40,082 bases of DNA from Candidatus Magasanikiibacteriota bacterium (GTDB lineage Bacteria > Patescibacteriota > Patescibacteriia > Magasanikbacterales > GWA2-37-8): contig CALRIA010000004.1 in NCBI GenBank assembly GCA_943359595.1, forward strand, positions 1 to 40,082, written 5' to 3'. A program made the position numbers and the translations under genes. Below are positions 8,129 to 16,225 of this stretch, one piece after another (the stretch's first letter is position 1; each line of letters begins with the position of its first letter). Under the pieces are notes generated by a model. That model searched no databases, was not told the origin of the DNA, and saw only the letters and a program-made list of their open reading frames with translations.

Positions 8129-8137
8129 TTTATACCA
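8129..8137 (-). promoter_or_regulatory. Extended -10 promoter of mraZ
   Basis: Minus strand TGGTATAAA just upstream of the repeat array. Confidence 0.5.
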
Positions 8138-8193
8138 ATCTATTCCCCGCTTGTTTTGGCTAACACATAATAAAAAATCACATTATTTTAATA

Positions 8194-8202
8194 TGTGGAT
8201 AA
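8194..8202. promoter_or_regulatory. Perfect DnaA box upstream of the mraZ promoter
   Basis: TGTGGATAA is the reverse complement of TTATCCACA. A 1-mismatch copy, TTTGGATAA, lies at 8259-8267. Confidence 0.4.
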
Positions 8203-8321
8203 CTCTCTATGCTTTCTAAAAGAAGTTGTCTATGTTGCAAAGACCAAAGATATGACATTTTGGATAAAAGAAGACATTGAAAAATATGGTTATCAAGTTA
8301 TTGCGTTTAAATAAAAAGAGC

Positions 8322-8354
8322 AAAAAAAATACACACCTAATTTGATGTGTATTT
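8322..8354 (-). terminator. Intrinsic terminator downstream of the MBL nuclease gene
   Basis: AAATACACA (8327-8335) / TGTGTATTT (8346-8354) stem, with a T tract on the minus strand. Confidence 0.7.
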
Positions 8355-8382
8355 AATCTTAAAATAAAAGTTTAGACCAAAC

Positions 8383-9744
8383 CTAAACTTCTACTTCCAT
8401 TCCGCCAGTAACTGGCAGAGCTGAAATATTGAGTTTTTCTTTTATTTTTGCCGCCAGACGATGTTTGACCTCGGTTTCACCATGATTGAGACAGACTTTT
8501 TTAGGGAGATTTTTGGCGCTCCCGATCCAACTCAGCAATTTAGCCTGATCACCATGCGCTGAGAACGCTCCTATGGATTTTACTTTGCATTTTACCGATA
8601 TACGTTCACCCATTATATTCACATGTGCGGCGCCTTCCTGAATTTCACGTCCAATAGTCCCATACGCCTGATAACCAACGATAAGTAAAGTACTATGTGG
8701 ATCAGATAAATAACGCAAGGCGTGGTACAAAATACGGCCACCGTTCATCATACCAGCGCCAGCAATAATAATCTTAGGATTAGGAACGTTGTTAATATGT
8801 TTGGAATCTTCTCTAGTATCAGACAGTACGAGCCCAGGAAAATCAAACATGTCATCGCCACTTTTTATAAGCCTGATAGCGTGTTCGTCATAATACTGAG
8901 TATATTTACGATAAATTTTAGTCGCGCCAATTGCGAGTGGACTATCTAAAAATATCGGGAGAACTGGTAAGCGATGTTGTTGTTCTATTAATTTATCCAA
9001 TTCATAAAGCAACTCTTGGGTACGTTCCAAAGAAAATGATGGAATCATCAATACACCACCCAGCCGTACCGCTTCCAACACCACTTTTTCCAAAATATCA
9101 CGACGGGATTGATCGGATTCGTGCAATTTATCGCCATAAGTAGATTCACATACAAGCAAATCAATATCATCTGGCAAATTATCAGTATCACGCAAAATTG
9201 GTACATTTACATTACCTACATCACCGGAAAACACGATACGCTTTCCTTCGGAAACTATTTCGATAAATGCCGAACCAAAAATATGACCAGCATCACGCAA
9301 ATATACCTTGACATTTTTATCACCAAACAGGTCCTGCCATTGATAATAATCTAAAGGTTTAAATTGTGCCATTACAGCGGCAATATCTTGTTCACTATAT
9401 AATATTTGTCGACCAAATTTTATATTATCATGAATCATTACGCCAAGAGCATCGTGCATAACCAGCTCGGCCAAATCCATAGTCGCCGGTGTAGCATAAA
9501 AAAATCCTGTAAAACCTCCTTTGGTCAACAACGGCAGACGCCCAACATGGTCTAAATGCGCATGCGTGATAAGCACGGCTGAAATATCTTTGGGATTATA
9601 TGGCAATGGACGATGATTGAATTCTTCGTTGAATTGTCCACCCTGATACATACCACAATCCACCAAAATTTTTCTGCCCGCCGTTTCTATCAAACTATTT
9701 GAGCCGGTGACATCATCAGCTCCACCTAAAAAATGTATTTTCAT
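8383..9744 (-). CDS. Metallo-beta-lactamase fold beta-CASP ribonuclease (Ysh1/TTHA0252-like)
   Basis: LVDCGMYQG, THAHLDHVG (HxHxDH), AGHIFGS, FSGDVG, ESTYGD, GGRILYH, FSAHGDQ, NHGE. Confidence 0.93.
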   Translation of the reverse strand: MKIHFLGGADDVTGSNSLIETAGRKILVDCGMYQGGQFNEEFNHRPLPYNPKDISAVLITHAHLDHVGRLPLLTKGGFTGFFYATPATMDLAELVMHDALGVMIHDNIKFGRQILYSEQDIAAVMAQFKPLDYYQWQDLFGDKNVKVYLRDAGHIFGSAFIEIVSEGKRIVFSGDVGNVNVPILRDTDNLPDDIDLLVCESTYGDKLHESDQSRRDILEKVVLEAVRLGGVLMIPSFSLERTQELLYELDKLIEQQHRLPVLPIFLDSPLAIGATKIYRKYTQYYDEHAIRLIKSGDDMFDFPGLVLSDTREDSKHINNVPNPKIIIAGAGMMNGGRILYHALRYLSDPHSTLLIVGYQAYGTIGREIQEGAAHVNIMGERISVKCKVKSIGAFSAHGDQAKLLSWIGSAKNLPKKVCLNHGETEVKHRLAAKIKEKLNISALPVTGGMEVEV

Positions 9745-9889
9745 AATATATTTTAACTAATAACCGTACATATATTGTAGTTATTTTACCTTATTACAAA
9801 ACTATATACAAGCTTATATTTTTATGATAAAATATTTTATAAGAACAAACAAAAAAAATGACTAAAAACTACACTTAAAATCAACAATT

Positions 9890-10531
9890 ATGCGTCGAAA
9901 TTTAGAAGATATTGAAATTGTAGAACCACCCATTGGAGAACTAACCAAAAAAAAATCATGGAAAGGAACTTGTTTTACTGGTTGCTTTTTTTTAATAATA
10001 TTAGCGATAGCAACAGTCGTTGGAATCCGTTTTTATGTCGGTCCAGGACCAAAAATCAGCACCACCATTCCAAACAATTTTCCCGCTGATATTCCAGTTT
10101 ACGATAAAGATAATATAGAAGCGATTACCAATATTCCAGCTCGCTACAAAGAGCGCGGCGTAGGTGTATCCACTATTTTACCAAAATTGATACTTTCACC
10201 AATATTTTATAATTCAGACAATACCAACAATGGTAGCTCGTTACAAAATATCTGGAAGGCAGTCACTTTGCCTAGTGGAAACTATCGTGACAGTATTCAG
10301 ATTGAATGGCGCAAAATAAATGCCGATCCAAATTTTGTTATTGCTTATTACAAAAAAGAACTAAAAAAGAAAAATTTTAAAATTGATATTGAATCTGAAG
10401 GTAAAAAAGTTCAGCAATTTTCATTTAGTCGTGAAGATGGTTTGGACGGATCGATTTTTATTCAAATAGAGGATGACAAGAAGTCTGGTACCGATTATAT
10501 GATTTTGACTGTAAACTTACCAAAACAATAA
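9890..10531 (+). CDS. Hypothetical single-pass membrane/surface protein
   Basis: 213 aa; TM helix at residues ~27-50, FPADIPVY and VIAYYKKEL motifs; overlaps the murJ start. Confidence 0.75.
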   Translation: MRRNLEDIEIVEPPIGELTKKKSWKGTCFTGCFFLIILAIATVVGIRFYVGPGPKISTTIPNNFPADIPVYDKDNIEAITNIPARYKERGVGVSTILPKLILSPIFYNSDNTNNGSSLQNIWKAVTLPSGNYRDSIQIEWRKINADPNFVIAYYKKELKKKNFKIDIESEGKKVQQFSFSREDGLDGSIFIQIEDDKKSGTDYMILTVNLPKQ

Positions 10532-12147
10532 TGTTAAAAATTTTAAATTCTCAATCTAAAACCATTACTGGAGCGGCCATTATTTTATCTGGCGCAACTT
10601 TGTTGTCTCGTTTAGTGGGAATAATTCGCGATCGAGTTTTGGCTCATTATTATGGGGCCGGACCAGTTATGGATGCTTATTACGCCGCTTTTAAAATTCC
10701 TGATTTAATATACAATCTTTTAATTGTTGGCGCTCTAACCGCCGGCTTTATCCCCACTTTTACCAAACTCCTCAGTGAAAAAGACGATAATAAACGCGCT
10801 TGGTACTTAACCAATAATATTTTAAATATTCTAGGTTTAGCGCTGTTAATATTATGCTCGCTAGGACTAATACTTACTCCGATTTTAAACAAAATCATTG
10901 CCCCAGGATTTCATGACGACAATTTAGCTCGAGTGATTGGTTTTACACGCATTATGTTTTTATCCCCAATTTTCTTGGGTATTTCCATGATTATGGGTGG
11001 TGTTTTACAATCATTACGTCGCTTTGTTTTATATGCTTTTGCTCCAATTTTTTATAACTTTGGTATTATCTTTGGAGCGACGGTGCTAGTACGTCTTATG
11101 GGAGAAAACGGTTTGGCTTGGGGGGTTGTTCTGGGCGCTTTTGTCCACTGTGCTATTCAAATATATGGCGTCAGACAGGTGGGCTGGCGATATCATTTTA
11201 ATTTTGACACTAAAGACAAAGATACCAATACTGTTGGTAAACTAATGGTCCCTCGCACTTTGGGGTTAGCGATCACACAATTAAATCAGGTTATTATCAC
11301 AATACTAGCTTCATTCTTACCTATAGGTAGTATCGCCGTTTACAACTACGCCAATAATTTACAAGCGGTACCAGTTGGAGTTTTGGCTATCCCATTTGCC
11401 TTAGCGATTTTTCCGCTTTTATCTTCAGCGGCAGCAGAAAATGATATGGGACAATTTGTCTCTCATCTATCCAATGTCATTCGCCAAATATTATTTTTAA
11501 TAATGCCGGCAGCTATACTAATATTATTATTACGCGCACAAATTGTTCGCGTGATTTTAGGTAGCGGCCAGTTTGACTGGAATGCAACTGTTAACACCGC
11601 TGACGCTTTGGCTTTTTTTTCACTAGGTCTCGTGGCTCAAGCTTTAATTCCAGTATTATCACGAGCTTTTTTTGCTCTTTCAAACACCAAGACTCCATTT
11701 ATAATTGGCATTATTTCTGAACTTATTAGTATTATTGCCGCCTTAATATTGATGAAACCACTAGGAGCGGCTGGTTTGGCACTAGCCAGTTCGATTGGAG
11801 TTACAATCAATCTAATTTTGTTGTGGATAAGCCTACGATTCGAAACTAAAACTCTAAACGAGTCAGCAATTTTGTCTTTAATTTATAAAATTTCCCTAGC
11901 GAGTCTCGTAATGGGGATAGTAGTTCAATTATTAAAGTATCCCTTGGCCAGATTATTAAACCAACAAATTTTCTGGGGAATATTCGGACAAGGTGCCATT
12001 GCTGGAATGACTGGTATTGTTGTTTATTTTTTCTTATGCTATATATTAAAGGTACCAGAATTTATACAATTAAAAGACAGTTTTGCTAGACGCTGGCTGA
12101 AAATCCGCAATATCAACACAACTGAAATTATTGAAAATAAAGAATAA
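10531..12147 (+). CDS. murJ: Lipid II flippase MurJ (MviN)
   Basis: SRLVGIIRDRVLA..YGAG...DAYYAAFKIPD, FIPTF, IFPLLS and LSRAFFAL motifs; ~14 TM helices. Confidence 0.95.
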   Translation: MLKILNSQSKTITGAAIILSGATLLSRLVGIIRDRVLAHYYGAGPVMDAYYAAFKIPDLIYNLLIVGALTAGFIPTFTKLLSEKDDNKRAWYLTNNILNILGLALLILCSLGLILTPILNKIIAPGFHDDNLARVIGFTRIMFLSPIFLGISMIMGGVLQSLRRFVLYAFAPIFYNFGIIFGATVLVRLMGENGLAWGVVLGAFVHCAIQIYGVRQVGWRYHFNFDTKDKDTNTVGKLMVPRTLGLAITQLNQVIITILASFLPIGSIAVYNYANNLQAVPVGVLAIPFALAIFPLLSSAAAENDMGQFVSHLSNVIRQILFLIMPAAILILLLRAQIVRVILGSGQFDWNATVNTADALAFFSLGLVAQALIPVLSRAFFALSNTKTPFIIGIISELISIIAALILMKPLGAAGLALASSIGVTINLILLWISLRFETKTLNESAILSLIYKISLASLVMGIVVQLLKYPLARLLNQQIFWGIFGQGAIAGMTGIVVYFFLCYILKVPEFIQLKDSFARRWLKIRNINTTEIIENKE

Positions 12148-12163
12148 GCTGAAACAACTTTTT

Positions 12164-13972
12164 ATGAATGATCATTTACGAAATTTTTGTATCATCGCTC
12201 ATATAGATCATGGTAAATCGACTTTAGCCGATCGTTTCTTGGAATTCACTGGGACTGTATCCAAACGCGACATGAAGAATCAATTGCTTGATTCCATGGA
12301 TTTAGAACGCGAACGTGGTATTACCATCAAACTTACACCAGTGCGAATGAAATATATATTAGATAACAAAGAATACGTTTTAAATTTAATTGACACACCA
12401 GGACATGTAGACTTCAATTATGAAGTATCACGTTCACTGGCTGCCGTAGAGGGCGCGGTACTGCTCGTTGACGCTACTCAAGGAGTACAGGCTCAAACTA
12501 TCGGTAATCTTTATTTAGCTATTGAACAAAATTTACAAATTATTCCAATAATCAATAAAGTCGACTCTCCAGCTGCTAACATTGAAAAAACGACTGCTGA
12601 AATTATTCATCTTTTAGGCTGTGACCCAGCGGATATTATTTTAGCTTCCGGAAAAACTGGCCAAGGGGTAGAAGATATTTTAAAAGCAATTGTGAAAAAG
12701 GTACCACCGCCAACCGATTTAAACACCCAACCGGCGCGTGCTTTGATTTTTGATTCCTCTTATAATGAATTTAAAGGTGTAGTGGCTTCGGTGCGAGTCG
12801 CTGATGGTGAATTAAAAAAAGGTGATCGAATCTATCTCATGGGCACTCAAACTCCTGCCGAAGTGTTGGAATTGGGATATTACACTCCAAAATTTCAGCC
12901 TGCCCCAATTTTAAAAAATGGAGAAATCGGTTATATCGTGACTGGCTTAAAAGAAGTACGTGATTGTCGCGTGGGTGATACGATTACCACTTTAAATTCA
13001 GAAAAAACTGGTGTTGCCAAAGAATCATTACCAGGCTACAAGGAAGTAAAACCAATGGTTTATGCCGGCATTTTTCCAAGCGAAGGTGATGGTTACGAAG
13101 AATTACGTGATGCTATTGATCGCCTAAAATTGAGCGATTCTGCATTAATTTATGAGCCAGAACATTCACAAGCGCTGGGCTTTGGTTTTCGTTGTGGATT
13201 CCTTGGCATGTTGCATCTAGATATTTTCCAAGAACGTCTGAAGCGAGAATTCAATTTAGAAGTAGTAATCACCGTTCCGAGCGTCGCCTACAAAATAGAA
13301 AAAACTAATGGTACTGGCATGACCATTCACAGCCCCCAAGAAATGCCCGAACCAAATCATATCCTTTCTATTATGGAGCCATGGATGACGTTGGATATTA
13401 TTACTCCAAAAGAATATGTCGGCAATGTGATGACTTTAATCTCTGAACGTCGTGGTCGTTATCTCAATACTGAATATCTCAGTACCGGTTCAGACCAACG
13501 CGCACTTTTACATTATCAAATTCCGTTGGCGGCTCTAATCACCGATTTTTATGATAAATTAAAAACCGTCACTTCTGGTTATGGTTCCATGAATTATGAA
13601 TTAATTGATTATGAAAAAACCGATGTGGTGAAAATTGATATTCTAGTAGCCGAAGAATCAGTGGAAGCATTAGCCACTTTAGTCTGGCGCGAAGATGCTT
13701 TTCACATTGGGAAAAAAATCTGCGAATCATTAAAAGATTCACTCCCCCGCCAACAATTTGAACTAAAAATACAAGCCGCCATTGGTGGAAAAGTAGTAGC
13801 TTCAGAAAGATTGGGAGCATTACGTAAAGATGTTATCGCCAAACTTTATGGTGGTGATGTCACCCGTAAAATGAAATTATTAGAAAAACAGAAAAAAGGA
13901 AAAAAGCGTATGATGGCTCATAGTAAAGTTGATATTCCTGCTGAGGCCTATTTAGCCGTATTAAAGAGATAA
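12164..13972 (+). CDS. lepA: Elongation factor 4 LepA
   Basis: RNFCIIAHIDHGKSTLADR, ERERGITIK, DTPGHVDF, GFRCGFLGMLH, GGDVTRKMKLLEKQKKGKKRM. ATG 12164 preferred. Confidence 0.98.
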   Translation: MNDHLRNFCIIAHIDHGKSTLADRFLEFTGTVSKRDMKNQLLDSMDLERERGITIKLTPVRMKYILDNKEYVLNLIDTPGHVDFNYEVSRSLAAVEGAVLLVDATQGVQAQTIGNLYLAIEQNLQIIPIINKVDSPAANIEKTTAEIIHLLGCDPADIILASGKTGQGVEDILKAIVKKVPPPTDLNTQPARALIFDSSYNEFKGVVASVRVADGELKKGDRIYLMGTQTPAEVLELGYYTPKFQPAPILKNGEIGYIVTGLKEVRDCRVGDTITTLNSEKTGVAKESLPGYKEVKPMVYAGIFPSEGDGYEELRDAIDRLKLSDSALIYEPEHSQALGFGFRCGFLGMLHLDIFQERLKREFNLEVVITVPSVAYKIEKTNGTGMTIHSPQEMPEPNHILSIMEPWMTLDIITPKEYVGNVMTLISERRGRYLNTEYLSTGSDQRALLHYQIPLAALITDFYDKLKTVTSGYGSMNYELIDYEKTDVVKIDILVAEESVEALATLVWREDAFHIGKKICESLKDSLPRQQFELKIQAAIGGKVVASERLGALRKDVIAKLYGGDVTRKMKLLEKQKKGKKRMMAHSKVDIPAEAYLAVLKR

Positions 13973-13977
13973 TTATT

Positions 13978-14484
13978 ATGACCGAAGATAAAAAAATCAA
14001 AAGATGCGTTGGCCCAATAATTTATAATTTGGAAGGAAAAATATTTCTAATGAAATCACCAAAATGGCGACAAGGCAAAGACGGTAAATTTGGCGAAGTT
14101 TGGACAGTGCCAGGAGGAGAAATTGAAAAAGATGACACTGGAACAGAAATAGAAACACCAGAACAAGCTTTAAAACGAGAAATTAAAGAAGAACTCGGCA
14201 TAGAACTGAGTCATATTGAATATATTGGCGAAGGAAGAAAATCCGGTGAAACAGATTTTATTAAACCAAATATTAATTTTGAATTTATAGATTTTATTGC
14301 CCGAACAGAAAATTCTAAAATTTCGCCTAATAGTGAAATTAGTGAATACGGGTGGTTTACTTTAAATGAAGCGGACTCATTACCTATGATCGATGTTACC
14401 AAAGGGTTTATCACACGATGCCGTCAGTTGGTTGAAAAAAGAATAGTCGAATTTCAAACAGAATATAAAATTAACAAAAGATAA
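13978..14484 (+). CDS. NUDIX hydrolase
   Basis: WTVPGGEIEK...ETPEQALKREIKEELGI Nudix box; EISEYGWF. Confidence 0.88.
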   Translation: MTEDKKIKRCVGPIIYNLEGKIFLMKSPKWRQGKDGKFGEVWTVPGGEIEKDDTGTEIETPEQALKREIKEELGIELSHIEYIGEGRKSGETDFIKPNINFEFIDFIARTENSKISPNSEISEYGWFTLNEADSLPMIDVTKGFITRCRQLVEKRIVEFQTEYKINKR

Positions 14485-14485
14485 T

Positions 14486-14581
14486 ATGAAACACAAAACA
14501 ATAAAACAAATTTGGACAGTAATTGCCATAATCGGTATTTTGGCCATGGTTTTTTTTACAATTTTACCAATTTTCCAATAA
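14486..14581 (+). CDS. Unannotated 31-aa single-pass membrane peptide
   Basis: ATG 14486 to TAA 14581 encodes MKHKTIKQIWTVIAIIGILAMVFFTILPIFQ. It fills the gap with exactly 1 nt on each side. Confidence 0.7.
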   Translation: MKHKTIKQIWTVIAIIGILAMVFFTILPIFQ

Positions 14582-14582
14582 C

Positions 14583-14972
14583 ATGAAAATTCTGCGCCAA
14601 TATCAGCTAGACATTATTTTTCTTTTTTTTGCCTTGATCTTGATTATGTGGTCTTATTTTTATGGTTTAAGATATTTGGGAGTTGATCCACATAGATATG
14701 AATGGCTATTGGCTGTTCCATTATTATTTTTTTATGTCATTTATATCTTTAAAATTCGAAACAAAATTGCTATTGCCGATCGACGTAATCTTACCACCAA
14801 ATCTTTAGTGTATTGGATACTATTTGGAGTTTCTTTATTTTCCACATATGGTACTCCAATTCCAGCCAAAGATTATTGGTCACTCAATGCCCTATTTTTT
14901 ATTTTTACAATTTTTTTGGCCGATTCATATTGGGATTTTAAAAGCATCACTCTAAAAAATTTTAAAAAATAA
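14583..14972 (+). CDS. Hypothetical integral membrane protein (~4 TM)
   Basis: 129 aa with four hydrophobic aromatic-rich segments; operon-packed. Confidence 0.7.
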   Translation: MKILRQYQLDIIFLFFALILIMWSYFYGLRYLGVDPHRYEWLLAVPLLFFYVIYIFKIRNKIAIADRRNLTTKSLVYWILFGVSLFSTYGTPIPAKDYWSLNALFFIFTIFLADSYWDFKSITLKNFKK

Positions 14973-14973
14973 T

Positions 14974-16224
14974 ATGTCAGAACAACCAAGAAATTTAGAA
15001 TTCCATCATGTACCATACGGTCGACAAGATTTTGAATATGAACCAACTGGTGGATTGGCTGATATGTTTAAAAATGCTGATTATTTAAAACCAGAAATAA
15101 TTAAAAATTATATTCAACAAATTGTTGAACAGGTAAACCAAAGTCAGGACAGTACTGCTCAAAAGGCCTGTGTAATAGATTTGTTAAGAGAAGAAAATAT
15201 TCAAAAACTATTGGCACAAAAAGAAATTGACGCGGATGATAAAGAAGAAATAGAAAAAATGACTCTTTACTGGGTAAAAAAAATTAAAAAAGGAATAATC
15301 GAAGAATTAAAAAAATATTTACCAGATGATTTATATTTTTTTGTAAAAGAAAAAGAAAAACAAGATTACCATCTTTTCAATAAAAAAAGCATCATCATCG
15401 ATTCAAAAACTGATCGAGAATATTTTTTTAAAGAAAGTAGAATGTTCTCTAATGAAACAAGAGAAGAAATGGAAGAATGTTTTAGAATATTAAGAAATGC
15501 AATAAATAATTTAAAGAACCCAGAAAAAGAAATGCCTTTTATTATTAAACCAGAAAATATAGGACAAAATACCAAAGACGGCCACGTTGACAATCAATCT
15601 ATAAGTCTTACCTCCAACCAAGTGGATTTAACATCCATAGAAGACGCTCTCGGTGAAGAAGCGCACGGGAACATGTATTATAAAGAATTAGATGAAGCCT
15701 CTGCAAAAAAAGCATTGTCTGGCATTTTGGACTGTCTTAGAGGTACAAGATTTCTAGCTCAAAACGGTTTGACTCTCACTGACTTAGATACTGAGCCGAT
15801 CGGAAAAAATTTGGGAATAAACAACAAAAACAAAAGAGGTGTTCTTTTTGATTTGGATGGGTTACAACAGATTGGTCATAATATTAATAGGATCATCGCT
15901 CCATCTAAAGCAAACGGGGAAAAAGAGCTTCGTTTGTTTGCACCAGAATATAGATTGTTCGGTATAGAAGTTAACACTGTAGCTACTGCAGAATCGATGA
16001 TCTGGGAAATTGGTGATTCCATACTTGGGTTAGCCGAAATTCAAATCGACATACTTTTTAAATCTTCTGATTTTTTTGCTAAAAATAAATTAATCTCCGT
16101 ATGGGAAAAATTGAGAGAATTTAGCAATAAAATGATTGCCAAAAAACCAACGGATCGACCGTCGTTTGATATTTGTATCACAAAAATAGAAGAGATAATT
16201 AATAAACTTCCCGACCAACAATAA
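14974..16224 (+). CDS. Divergent protein-kinase-fold (Hanks-like) protein
   Basis: Motifs in kinase order: YFFK (K153), alphaC EEMEE, GTRFLAQNGLTLTD (D270)...KN (N279), FDLDG (D293), FAPEY, MIWEIG, PTDRPSF. Confidence 0.7.
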   Translation: MSEQPRNLEFHHVPYGRQDFEYEPTGGLADMFKNADYLKPEIIKNYIQQIVEQVNQSQDSTAQKACVIDLLREENIQKLLAQKEIDADDKEEIEKMTLYWVKKIKKGIIEELKKYLPDDLYFFVKEKEKQDYHLFNKKSIIIDSKTDREYFFKESRMFSNETREEMEECFRILRNAINNLKNPEKEMPFIIKPENIGQNTKDGHVDNQSISLTSNQVDLTSIEDALGEEAHGNMYYKELDEASAKKALSGILDCLRGTRFLAQNGLTLTDLDTEPIGKNLGINNKNKRGVLFDLDGLQQIGHNINRIIAPSKANGEKELRLFAPEYRLFGIEVNTVATAESMIWEIGDSILGLAEIQIDILFKSSDFFAKNKLISVWEKLREFSNKMIAKKPTDRPSFDICITKIEEIINKLPDQQ

Positions 16225-16225
16225 T

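Noticed and set aside
8131-8382. Replication origin in the mraZ upstream spacer
   Set aside because: Only one perfect and one near DnaA box, no box cluster, and no dnaA/dnaN nearby.
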